Position numbers and translations under genes: made by a program
NCBI GenBank assembly: GCA_035084275.1
Contig: CM068742.1
Coordinates: forward strand, 57,846,001 to 57,910,000
Length of the DNA: 64,000 bases
From: Hydrolagus colliei
Lineage: Eukaryota
Direction of reading: 5' to 3'
Shown: in pieces, positions 1 through 11,956 of the stretch
How the letters are laid out: every line of letters begins with the position of its first letter
How positions within the stretch are numbered: the first letter of the stretch is position 1
Notes under the pieces: generated by a model
Told to the model about the DNA's origin: nothing
Databases searched by the model: none
Seen by the model: the letters and a program-made list of their open reading frames with translations, nothing else

Positions 1-355
1 GAAGGAAAGTTAACTGAACAATGACAGCGGCGGCTGCTTTCTCAATAACATGTTTGCTTTCCTCTCTTCTGCCACCAATGAGAACAGTGTTCAGACGTGT
101 AACTTTTGCACTAGTTTAAAGATCTCTCTGAACTGCCTGGTCGCTGTGTGTAAAATGATTACAATTCTTAAGTATATATTATATTATCATGTAAATTATT
201 ATTTAGTCTATTATTAATATGCTATTTAAAAAAATATATATATATTTTTTTAAATTATATATTTTTTTATATTGGGTTTTCTGCCGAATATCCGGCAGGC
301 GCTTTAATCGGCACTGGCCAGGTCCTGAGGGTGCCGGATAAACAAGCTTCTACTG
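1..355. mobile_element. Right-hand part of a non-autonomous Tc1/mariner (pogo/Tigger-like) MITE, cut by the window edge
   Basis: Colinear with 37011-37374. Ends in GGATAAACAAGCTTCTACTG followed by TA (356-357), the same terminus as the complete copy. Confidence 0.8.
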
Positions 356-2530
356 TATCGCTATTCATTCTCATGAATATATATCTAGTTTCCTCTTAAA
401 TATGTTGATGCCTTTTGCTTCAAATGCAGCTTCTGACAGTGTGTTCCATATTCTCACCAATTCAATAAAATTACCGGCTTTATACCAGCCGCTGTGTTCT
501 TATAATTGGGAAACCTTATTATAAGCATCAGTGAGATTTGTAACTTCACTATCTAACAAAAATTAACACTACGGTTCCTCAGACTTGAGATTGATGCAAA
601 ATACAATAGTTTACTTGTCATTTACTGCAAATAGATATCGACCTTTCTGTTGTCCACACAATCCCAGAAGCATTTTTTCTGTAACACTACAATTGTTTTT
701 TGTACTGAATTCAGCAAACCTATTTTGAATTAAGGGAACACTGGGTACCTGCTGATGAAGGGTTAATGGTTCTGATTCCCTGTCACGATGTATCAGTAAC
801 AGGATAATCAATGACATGAGGCCAAATCCATTAATGCTATTCTACTGATGACATTGAGGGATGTGATGCTAAAAATAAAATATGATCACATTTTTTTGCG
901 GTGTATTAGAACATTATCTTCATAAACAGAAGGTATGTTGAGTTTTTTGAATAAATTATCCTGATACATTACCATGGTTATTATAGTTTGAATTGATGCA
1001 TGGTATGAATTAACCCTTCAAAAGTGTATCCTAAGTTCCAGCGCAAAGTACGAGATGTATAATGGGATGGAAAGGAACAAACTTAGCTCAATGATTATCT
1101 AACCGGCAGATAGAACATTGTGTTTGTCTGAAGTGATCTAACTGCTTCACACTGACACAGCATTCAAACATTCCCCTCTTCTGGATTGTCCTGGCAAGCT
1201 TGTCACTTGCTCTCAGTAGAAGGTGACGTGAGAGATTGATAAACGCTTGTCTTGAATTAATGCTGTGAATTGTATGTTGCTGCATGACTAATTGCCTCAC
1301 GTTCACAGAGAACTAAACAGTCATGGACTGTCAACACATTCTACTCTCTGAAAATTTGGAACTCCCTCCCTCAACCTTTGCATCATCCGCTCCTTCCCCA
1401 TCATCAGGTTGTGGTTGAAGACCTTTCAATTCGCCCGAGCTTATGGTTATATTCCCCATCACCTCATGAGGTCTTGTGGAGCAAGATGCTTTCCTAAGGG
1501 AAAGAGAAGAACAATCATATATTCTCTTGGAGTTCTTCACAATCAAGTTTTGGATGAGTTTCCTTTTGCATAGAGAAATAACATTGTGCTCTTCCAAACT
1601 ATTCTTGTCACTCCTCGTATGAAATACAGTAATTCTGAGTATCCTGATTGAAAATGTTGTATTAACAAATTAGTGGTTGTCAATAGAATAGGTATACAAA
1701 GATGTGATATAGAGGATATTTTAAAATATGCCTGTCCTATCACACATTTATGCATATTTATGAAAAACATATTCAGATCAATTTTGCAGTATTTCTTCAG
1801 TGTTTTGAGTGGGGATTCCTTCCAGTAATTAGTTATTAGTCATAATCACAAATGTTCCATTAATTTTAAGGAAGCCTAAAAATAGATCAAATTATAGTCA
1901 ATTTGCTAATTCTTAGATAATTAGTTAGAAATCTAAAAATGTTGTTAAGAAATATTACACATAAGCAAACAGAAAATAAATTCTGGTAAATGACTGATTT
2001 TGCTGAAAATTTAGCAATAATATAGCTCAATTCATAGAAACATCACAGAAATAACTTAAATCAGTCCTTTTGTTGCCCTTGGCTTGCAGCTTCCACGTGG
2101 TCATAAAGAGGTAAAGAAAAAGTTCATTTGAATTCTGTTGTCGTACAAGCTGAAGTATTCTAAGTGTCTGCAAAGTGAATCACTTATTGGAATGCTGCAC
2201 ATGACCCAAAGACTTGCAGCAAAGAGATGAGCTTGATGCTTCTCTTAATTATTTTTAGTACCATGTTTTTGAATAATTTTGCTCAGACATAAGAATATCT
2301 AAAGATCATTGCTGCAATACTCATAACCTTGACTTTCAGTTCGGTTCACAAAAAGCTTTATAATATCAGTGTGTAATTGTACCACTTTCTGCTCATAGTC
2401 AGTGGAAAACATGTAGCCATGGCTCTGCTCCCGAAATTTACAGCGCTGAAATAAACAGGATGTCTTTTGTAGATTGGATAATTTTAATTAATTAAAAATA
2501 TAGTTTCAGGCAGGAACTATTAAGTGTCTT

Positions 2531-2680
2531 AATAATAATAATTCTTGCATTTGATGTAGTGCCTTATCACATCTTTCAAACCTCTCAAAGCGCTTCACAG
2601 GATACAATGTAAAGTGTAGTGATTGCGTATTTTCTGGATGAAACGTGGCAGTCAATTGCGCTCAGCGGTGACCAATTTTA
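2531..2680 (-). mobile_element. 3' fragment of the tRNA-derived SINE
   Basis: AATAATAATAATTCTTGCATTTGATGTAGTGCC...CTCAAAGCGCTTCACAGG is the reverse complement of the SINE tail. Confidence 0.75.
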
Positions 2681-3509
2681 TTTTTAAAAAGGGATTATTA
2701 TCCAAAAAAAGCAATTCGCCAATCGACTAAACAGAGGTAAAGATAAATAGAGGTGTGTGGAATAAGAAAAATTGTCTAACGTTTCACCCTGCCTTCATTC
2801 TTCTGGCTCACCCACACAATCTTACCAAAGATTACTGCATGCCAATCTTGGCCCTACAAAATAATAAAAAAATTAACTTTTTAAATGTTAAAATGTTGCA
2901 GGGTTTTGTTCCATAATGGACAAAAAGCTGAAGTCGGAGTTACAACATGATTCACGTTTATAAAGCATCTTTCATGTCGGGAGGATGTCTCAAAGAATTT
3001 GTGAGATATATAGAGTTCACAAAATTACAAAGCGAGGTTCTTGTTTCCTCTCAGTCAAAATAATCGTTCAGATTTCAAAACATCTACACCAAATTTGTTT
3101 TGATTTGACAATGAGATTGGCATTCATTAGCTATCCTGTGCTTGGCAGCAATCTATGAAGATGTTAATTTAAAGTATTTTATGATCATTCAGTTGCTTAG
3201 GAAGGGGAAAATTGCAATTTCATGAGTTAGCCTCAGATGGGTCATTTATTAGCGTGAAACACACATTTGATTAACACGATTGAGCATGATGGCATTGACA
3301 GAAATAGCAGGCATTGAAAAACCTTTTGTTCAGTGCACCAGTGACTTGATTGTTTAGATAGGAGGTAAAAGGAAAGCATTCTTTCCTGCTTGTTTATTTG
3401 TGCTTTTAGCACACTTAACAAATTGGATGGTACAATGGATAGAACCCGTATAGTTGCCATAGTCAGAGAGACAGCACATCTTACATAGCGAGCACTGTAT
3501 TGAACAAAG

Positions 3510-3715
3510 CTCTACAGCAGGCATTTGTAACACAGGTGGCACTGTTGGTACAATTGTAAAGCAAGCATAGGTGACACAGATGACACTGTTGGCAAAATTG
3601 GCACAGATGGCACAACTGAGAACTTTATAACAGATGGGAAATTTGGCATGGTTGACAAAGCAGGTCTGGCTGGGAAAATTTCCACAGATGGTATCATTGG
3701 CACTAGGAGAATCAC
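3510..3715. repeat. Degenerate 9-nt periodic repeat (GGCACAGAT-like)
   Basis: Units such as GGCACTGTT, GACACAGAT, GACACTGTT, GGCAAAATT, GGCACAGAT, GGCACAACT and GGGAAATTT. Confidence 0.6.
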
Positions 3716-3929
3716 TTGGTTAAATGTGACATCGCAAACCTACAAAACTATGCAGTCTCCTATAAAACACTGCTTGATTAATTATAGCTTGCTGTCTTTG
3801 GGGTTTGACTGGAAAGTTGCTCCAACCTGCTTCAATAGATAATCAAGAAATACACTTTTGCCATTTTTTCAACATACATGAAATGAAAACAATTATGTGC
3901 ATTATAACAAAATAATTTGCATTATTACA

Positions 3930-4232
3930 GTACTTTGTATTTATAAATGTATCAAAATACTTTACAATAAATACTAGCATGTGTGAGCAACCATTTGCTC
4001 GCAGCAAGGCTCAACAGAGAGCCATGTGGTGAATGCTTAACTAATTTAGAGAATTGTTAGCCAAAACAACAGTATAAACTTGTTTTTCTTTTCAAATCAA
4101 AGATCGTTAATATTCACCCGTAAGCAGGCAAACAGAATCTCAGTTTAACAATTCATCAGAAAGATGATTCCTCCAACAGTGCAGCACTCACCCAATACTG
4201 GTCTGGAATATCAACCTAGACTTTGAATTCAA
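3930..4232 (-). mobile_element. Old Deu-domain SINE (SacSINE1/AmnSINE1-like)
   Basis: CAGTTTAACAATTCATCAGAAAGATGATTCCTCCAACAGTGCAGCACTCACCCAATACTGGTCTGGAATATCAACCTAGA resembles the reverse-strand Deu core as recalled, and matches other copies in the window. Confidence 0.65.
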
Positions 4233-4827
4233 ATCTTTACTTTTACACATTGGGACAAGGAGTAGGAGAAATATGACTTGCAAAGTCATATTTATTATTG
4301 GTGATAATTATCCCATCTTAAATTCCATTTTATACCCAATAATTTCTATGCAATGAGAGGCTATGTTTTAGTTGTTAAATATGGTTAGAAATCCAAACAT
4401 GAATAAATCTAGTCAGTTTGACTGATTTAGAATGGAAGCCATCACCCGTCCTGTTGTATAGTGATAATGTTATCATTGTAGTTGGATGCTGCATGTTCAC
4501 CAAAAGCAATAAGAAACTGCATAGCAGAGATGTGCATGTTGGCCATGTTAAGGTCAAACTTGTGAAATGAAGCTAACTGAGTCTACTCCCAGCAGATTTG
4601 TAGCCAATGCTCAGATTTGGACAATTTAAACTTATAAACTACTTAATTTGCCACATGGTATTTGGAGCAGAAACATCCATACATTATGTAAATTTGTCAG
4701 ATGTAACTGACATCTGCTGAGCATTCAAGGGCATCCGTAAGGTGTATCTTAGTTGTAAGTCAGTGCCTTCATATTTCCTATAATAGATGTTGCCTCTTGT
4801 CAACATGTTATGTTGTTAATAAAAGTA

Positions 4828-4905
4828 TAGAAACATAGACGCAGGAGGAGATTATTCAGTTCCTCGAGCCTGTTCCGCCGTTCTATTGGATCATGCTTGA
4901 TCTTT
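4828..4905 (-). mobile_element. CR1-clade 3' tail fragment (HER1/HE1-like)
   Basis: GCAGGAGGAGATTATTCAG...CTCGAGCCTGTTCCGCCGTTCTATTGGATCATGCTTGATCT resembles shark CR1-type 3' UTRs. Confidence 0.55.
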
Positions 4906-5297
4906 TAAGTTGTGGAAACAACTGCAAATACATCAAAAAATGAGCTGAGGTATCCACTAGAGCTGAGGTTCATCATATTGATGCTGTCTACAATTTATAA
5001 AGTAAGAATTGTTAGGGAGATTGCATGAATAACAATCAACAAAGATATAGAAGAATGAAAGAGGAGCAATCCTGATTAATCACCGTACAAACATATGACG
5101 CAAAGGAAAAGAGCAACAACAGTCTCAATGCCTTTCAATGGGTGTAATTGTTATGAGTAGTGACATTTGCTGTAGAACTAGGAGAGGAGTAGAGCACATC
5201 CTTTCAATGTTTCAGCGGCCCACATTTTTTGTACACACAGCAATGAGGAATTAATGTTTTAAATATAGCAGTGACACACATAATTGTTTTTTTCTAG

Positions 5298-5514
5298 CCT
5301 TTCCGTCGAGTGACTTTCTCTGTGGTGAGTCAGCCTCAGGATCCACATCAGGGCTCCCTGCAGAGCTGCTATGATAGCGGTTTGGAAGAATCAGAAACGC
5401 CGAGCAGCAAGAGTTCATCGGGACCAAGATTAGGCTCACTCCCACTTCCAGAAGACAACTACGAGAGGACCACTCCTGATGGCAGTGTTGGTGAAGCAGA
5501 GCATATGGAAAATG
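5298..5514 (+). CDS. PCDH7: Internal coding exon of protocadherin-7 (cytoplasmic tail with the RRVTF PP1-binding motif)
   Basis: Acceptor TTGTTTTTTTCTAG ends at 5297 and donor G|GTAAGG starts at 5515. The exon is 217 nt, phase 0 to phase 1. It translates PFRRVTFSVVSQPQDPHQGSLQSCYDSGLEESETPSSKSSSGPRLGSLPLPEDNYERTTPDGSVGEAEHMEN, which I recognise as nearly identical to mammalian PCDH7 and distinct from the PCDH1 equivalent. Confidence 0.95.
5488..5496 (+). other. PCDH7: Alternative internal 5' splice site (TTG|GTGAAG), 24 nt upstream of the main donor
   Basis: Same phase (1) as the 5515 donor. Its use removes 8 codons, as in PCDH7 isoforms reading DGSV-DSRP versus DGSVGEAEHMEN-DSRP. Confidence 0.65.
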
Positions 5515-8500
5515 GTAAGGGTGCATCAATCATTAATTTATACATTTATATGCATTTATATTCTCAGACCATGAAGTAAATACACCACTTACTTGATGTG
5601 TGCACAAATATCACAACCAAATGTGAAACAATGGGTTGCGTTATGCCTTTGTTGGAGTTGGTCTCTAATGGGATTTCCCCCTGATAATTGTGCATTTTCA
5701 ATAGTGCTATATCTAATAGCAACTGGAATTTCAGTTCAGATACCCTATCAATAATAAAATTCTGTCTCATTCAACTCAAAGCCTCTGTGTTTCACCACAA
5801 ATTAAATAAAGAATATGACTTCAGCACCTGTAGGAAATTACTCTTTGATCCTCTGAGTTGGCAAGGCAAATGTATTATAGTTCTGTATTGTGATATCATT
5901 ATACCATTTATAAAATCATATACTGCGTTTTGTAATTGATCTGGTACAGAATACACATGACTTGGAACCATGATTTGGTAGACTCCCGATCAATACAGAC
6001 TGGCCAAATAGTGGTGATAATTACTCTATTATCTAGATAAAATCGTCATTTGTTTAAGACTTATTAGACATTGTAATTGTATCACAACTTTTTAGTCACC
6101 CTTTAGTTTCATACAAAAGCCCCAAACTTTTGTTTGCGTTTGTAGTTTGCATTTGTCATGCAAATTAGTAAACATGTATGACATTTTAAGACAGTGATAT
6201 AACATTAGTATTTTGATTGACATGTAGGGTGGGGGAAAAAAAATCGCTTATCAAGTAGGAACAAAATCATGCTCATAAATTTATTTGGGAAAAAACCTGG
6301 GAATAGTTCAGGTATGTCATTGAACCGTTTCTGGGAAGTAAAACTCACATAAGTCAAATCACTCAACACCAAAACATTTAAACATGACTTAACGTGAAGT
6401 CCGAGTTGCAGGCAAACTGTATAAGTCATATAAAATCTGATGTAATCAAACATCACCATTGTGATTGCATGAATCAATGTAGCTGGTAAGTGCATATGTG
6501 GTACTTTGTCATTGCACCCGGTAAGTGCACATGTGTTGATGGGTTAGTATTGTCATTTCCCACAATTGATTGCAGCCGAAAAGAGTGGGAGTAATGCAGG
6601 GTTGGGGTGTAGCATTATAAGTTAGGTGATTATTAGGAGTAATGCAAAGAAATCTTAAGTGGTTTTGTTAGGAAACAGAATGGAACTCGCGTGAATGTAT
6701 GAAATGGGCAATTATATGATTTTATAAAGATAAGATTTATGCAAGTTTTACTGTATTGTGTGAAAGTAGGGCAGATCTATTGTTTGGGTTTTTGGATGTT
6801 CTCAGAAGAGGCGCTTTCTGCTGCACTGCAGTTTCAAGTCAATGTTTGGCCAATGTTTTTCCAATGTGCAAGAAAACCTATATCAGCAATCATTCAGGTT
6901 CATGTTTCTGAATAAAGATGTATTGACTTGAAAGAAAGATAAATCAGTCATTTTGTCAGGAGATTGGCATTTATGCTATGCATAAACAAGACAGGTTGCG
7001 TCTGTCAGCAGTTACTGAAACTTTGCGGTCATATTTTGCATTGAACTGCATTAGGATTAATTACGTGAAAAATAATCATTCTGCTAATGCTGTGTCTGCT
7101 GGGTTGTCATATATCCAGACACATATTTCATTATTATGTAAATGCGGTGTGCTTTATTATATAAATGTCAATTACATTTTTTAAGGGAAAATGCCCCTTC
7201 TGAAAATAAATTTTCCTCCATCAGTAATTTTTTTCAATATTTTTGCTGCTAAAAATTCTTTTGAGAAAAGCGATATTGCAAACTTAAAAGCTCACCCGTT
7301 AATTGTATTTATAATCCACTTTATCTCAGTCTCCTCCACAGTTGACATTTTAGTCACCCATTTCCTCTTCCATGCAATGACTTTACTTCATACTTTACTA
7401 TAAATCCATAGAACTTAGTTACTTGACACATTAAACTCTCAGCCATTGATTGGAGTGAGTTCTATCATGTGGCACTGCTGAGTGGGGTGCCTTGCAATCA
7501 CAGAACATTGAACCCCCCGCTGGAGGAATGCTGACTTTAAAAATTGGAATCTCGTTCCATTGAATAATATACATACTCTTTGGGAAGCATGACATGGGAT
7601 TTGCTTGGAACTCAACCTGTTGACCTTCAGAAAAGTCACCAGTTCATGAATAATCAATTTAGGAAGAAGCCATAGCAATTTAGTACTGAATTGTATATAT
7701 TCAAATCTGGATCCATACTTATTAAGCATTTAGCCTTCACCCATCATGTTGAACTTTGCTGCAAATTCTCTGAACCAGTTCAGAGAATAGTATGTCAGCA
7801 AAACTAACACCAGGATGTTATTGTGACTTTGAATTCAGATATCTGACTCCAGAGAAACTTTACTACACATTTAGGTGATGTTGAGTTATCAAGTGCAACA
7901 TTGCATCTATTTTTGGAAACTAAATAAGTTTCTACGAAGACAGTGTTACCTTATAACCTACCATTTTGTACGCGTAAATAGCAAAAGAAAACTGGAAGTG
8001 CTGAGACCTATGTTTTCAGCACATAAATCAGATGGAACTATTGTAGGTGACTTTGCCTTTCCAGCCTAAACTCTGGTGCCATAACATATAATACCACTGC
8101 TCTTCTTGCCTTAAACTGGTGAGAGGAAGTGATATTTTCCTTTCTGCTGAATTGTACAAACGTCATATGATAAAAACAAAATTCACGTAAACAACAGGTG
8201 AGGAATAAAATCTAGGGTAAGGTAACAGGGTGAAATACAAAATGATGATGTGATATTGAATTGTATTTTTCACCCTAATCTTTTGTAGGAAGGCACATTT
8301 GAGTATGTTTTGTATGAAAACTAGGACGATATCAACCAAGAAACATCTTTCAAGATAATTTTAATTCAGATAAAACTCACCAATATCTCTGATAGGAAAG
8401 GCTGCTTATTTGAAAGAAAACATAGATTGACTAGTGCTTTGACTCTGAGTCAATGCTGCTGATAGTGTTGTATTTAACAGAACAGAATAAGTGTATGCCT

Positions 8501-8737
8501 ATTGATTCTTAAAATTTATAAGAATCTAGTGATTAATGGAGTGAAATTATGCCTGTCTAAAAGTAGAACATATGGTACTACATAAAACTAGGGATAGTCT
8601 AGGGAAGACATCAATAGTAAATGAAATTGGCAACTTATAGATAGATTAACTCTTTTACAAACAATATTGCCATTCATCTGCAGATGATATCATTCATCTA
8701 TAGGGATTTTCTATTAATTTATTTTAATAAGTATGTA

Positions 8738-8981
8738 ATATTGCTGTTAAATTAATAAACAAGATAACAATGGATATTAAAAGATAAGTAGCAACAAGCC
8801 AACAAAAAGTATATTGTACTTTTAAAATCATCACGGCCGCTTCAAAGGAATATATTCCATATTGCTGTTAAATTAATAAACAAGATAACAATGGATATTA
8901 AAAGATAAGTAGCAACAAGCCAACAAAAAGTATATTGTACTTTTAAAATCATCACTGCCGCTTCAAAGGAATATATTCCAT
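8738..8981. repeat. 121-bp tandem duplication
   Basis: ATATTGCTGTTAAATT... starts at 8738 and at 8859. One difference seen (CACGGCCG versus CACTGCCG). Confidence 0.95.
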
Positions 8982-9575
8982 GGAGATAAATCTGTAATGA
9001 GTGAAGAAATTAGATAGCTGCAAGATACTGTATGTGGGGAAAGGAACACTGAAGTCTGTCCTCAAAGCCTAGCCAGGTCATAAGCTATTTGGTTCAGAAC
9101 ATTAACACTAACAATGTGTCTGGAGAGACTCAATGTTATCTTGTGGAAAAGGAAGCTTTTTAATCAGCTTTATCAACAATACATTAACAGAACTGTGTTT
9201 TTAATACAATCTACATCTCCCTGATTACTTAAAATATTGTTAAAATAAAATTGCATTTTGGCTTAACTTTAGCTTGTTATTGTAACTGCAAATGATTCAA
9301 GAAAAATTAATCTGGCCCAGTGCATATTTCATTCTTTTAGATTTAGTCCAATGAGCTACTTATCTCAGCAGTTATATATTGGTTTGTGATATTTAATTAA
9401 GTACTAATTTGGATAAACCACATTCCATTAATAATATCAAGTTCCACTGCTGATTATCACACTGGTGCAGCACTGCATCATTCAAAACTATCACATTGTC
9501 TGCTGAATAAATTCACCATCAGCATATTATTCAAATATTTTGTTAAAATTGGTCTAAGCTCGAACCTAATGTGGA

Positions 9576-9606
9576 AGGACTATGTCACAATGTGTGACAT
9601 AGTCCT
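9576..9606. repeat. Perfect 14-bp inverted repeat with a 3-nt loop
   Basis: AGGACTATGTCACA-ATG-TGTGACATAGTCCT. Confidence 0.9.
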
Positions 9607-10929
9607 ACTTTGCCTACTTTCATTATCCAAAGAGAGATGGTAAAATACACTACAATATTTAGGGATGTGAAAAACTGGTCAGTTCAGTTGAACTGAACCA
9701 AGCTCCTCAAAAAGTCAATCTCATGCTCTTGTTTCTCTCTAATACTAATATTCTTACTAGTGCAATATGTTAACATAAGAATGATATCTTCTTGGTTCTA
9801 TTGTTTGATTTAGCAGAATAATATTCGCAGAAACACTGAACATAGGTTATTTTGCTCAAAGCACAAAAATCTTTGTGCACTTTTGCACAAAATGTTAGTC
9901 CATACACTACCTCATTTTGATATTTTCTATTAAGTTAAACAATTATGGTTTGCAAACTACACCATTGGACTGGTTTCCACTGGTTCTCAGAACAAATCTA
10001 TAATTGACTCCTGTTTTTCAAAGTAATTCAGTGCCTTTTTAAACCTTTATTGTGATGCTCACTTTTTCTGGGGAGAAGCTAATAATGGATAATTTGAAAA
10101 AAAAACATTACTGTTAAGATAGAAAATGCAATTGATGAAACCAGCACCCGGTGGACTCATAATCCAATCCACCGTGCATATTACTTTACTGATGCCTACA
10201 CAAAGTGCTGCTGATGATTTATGATGCATAGGGGTCTATATTAGTTCTGCAAATGCAGAAATCCACTGCATTTCCTAGTTCTGGCAAGAGATTAAAGGAA
10301 TTGCCAGATATGTTAAGTAGGTCTTTCATGTGGCCAAAGTCAGTGCTTGATTTGTTTTAAGTTGAGTAACTTTTTTGTGACCTGCCGCTAAGTATTCTTT
10401 ACTTCAGAAACCCAATCATTCCACTGTCAATCTCCTCTAAGCTCTGTGCTGTGCTACAGCATTGGGGATCTGCCCTCCATCCCCAAATAGCTGATCCTAC
10501 CTCTCCATAACTGCTCTACAAAGACCTCCATTGCCCTGTCAGGGAAAGGGCTTTTGCAAATCCTATGATTAATTATTGGACCCAGATGCTCAGCACTCCA
10601 CAGCTGGATTAGTGTTTTGCGCATGCATAAATTCAATTATTGGCCACGTAAACTCTGAATTCAGATTAATTGCCGATGCTTGCTCACACTCAACACTTGC
10701 TAAAGATGACAAATTTAAACCTGTATAATCTGATAGTGAGCAGAATTGCTCCTATTGATTTGTTTGCTGCTATATCCTCAACATATAGAAAAATGTGATT
10801 TACCTGGGTTTCTATGAATCAAGCTGAATTGTCTTCTTTTTCTTCGTCTGCAAAAAGATATCTCCTGTTAAGAGCAGGACCTGGATAAAATCTATTTAAT
10901 TATTATTATATACAGTAGTTACTTATTTA

Positions 10930-11170
10930 GAGAATAAGTATTTTTTTTCATACAGAGCAGTTAGGCTATGGAATTCCCTGCTGTGAGCATTGTTTAAAGC
11001 AGAATCCATATTGGCCTTCTAAAGGAAGCTAGCCAAATACCCAAAAAAGAAACACTTGCAGGGGTAAGGAGAAAGGGTAAGTAAATGGGACTGAAAGGAT
11101 TGCTCTTGAGAGAGCTGACATAGACACGATGGGTTGAATGCCCTTCTTCTGTACCATGAATGTTGTGGTT
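10930..11170 (+). mobile_element. Degraded CR1 3' end
   Basis: Remnant of the FFxQRxVRLWNSL motif followed by a CR1-type 3' UTR (GACACGATGGGTTGAATGCCCTTCTTCTGTAC), colinear with the end of the 19712 CR1. Confidence 0.75.
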
Positions 11171-11299
11171 CTCTAAAACAGGAAGAGAAACGTTTAGGAT
11201 TCTGTCTCAAAATGTTTGCTTAAAGATAAAGATGTTTGCATAGAAACAAGATATCCTACTTGGCTGGTTTATCCTGCAAACGATGAGCGGAGAGGCATT

Positions 11300-11956
11300 G
11301 TTTGTTCATGCGTTCATCATATCAAGGCTTGACTATGGGAACTCTCTCCTCGTCAGCCTTCCCAGCTCCTCTCTTCACAAGCTACAGATTATTCAGAACT
11401 CTGCAGCTCGTGTACTCTCCTGCACTAGGCTCGGCGACCACACCACTCCCACCCTCGCCTGTCTCCACTGACTCCCCATCCCCCAGAGGATCAAATGCAA
11501 GATCCTCGTTCTCACTTTCAAGGCTTTTCATGGCCTTGCCCCTGCCTATCTCTCCAACCTGCTGTCTCCCTATCGGCCTGCACATCCCATCCGTTCAGCG
11601 ACCTCTGGCCTGCTCCACGTCCCCCTCCCGAACCGCCCTACCATCAGTGGCCAGGCTTTCAGCCTCTCTGCCCCCACACTCTGGAACTCCATCCCACAAT
11701 CCCTTTGCCTCGCTTCCTCCCTTTCCTCATTCAAGGCCGGTCACAAGACCTTCCTCTTCAATCATGCCTTCTGCTGCCCTCCTAACTCTCCCCCCTCTCC
11801 CCCCTCTCCCCCCCTTTTCTAATCTCTGTCCCCTGCCTATACCAACCCTTCCCCCCACCCCCCAACCCCCCGTTCAGATCCCAACCTAACTGTTCAGCAC
11901 CTTAGGACGTTCTCCCAATGTGAAAGGCACTCTATAAATGTAATTTTGTTGTTGTT
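11300..11956 (+). mobile_element. L2-clade LINE 3' fragment
   Basis: HAFIISRLDYGNSLL...LQIIQNSAARVL...LWNSIP...KTFLF, then a C-rich UTR and a TGTAATTTTGTTGTTG tail. Confidence 0.9.

Noticed and set aside
1331-1597. 88-aa minus-strand ORF containing ADDAKVEG
   Set aside because: Only a faint echo of the CR1 FADDTK motif with no supporting motifs. At most a very old relic.
5310-5579. 89-aa ORF as a stand-alone gene
   Set aside because: It is the PCDH7 exon read from an internal GTG and past the donor into the intron. The true limits are 5298-5514.
9679-9891. 7-8-bp hairpins here and near 16633 and 48733
   Set aside because: Stems this short are expected by chance in 64 kb of AT-rich DNA.
11302-11889. 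Long Pro/Ser-rich ORFs here and at 23342, 30119 and 36214
   Set aside because: They are alternative or mixed frames of C-rich L2 sequence, not host genes.
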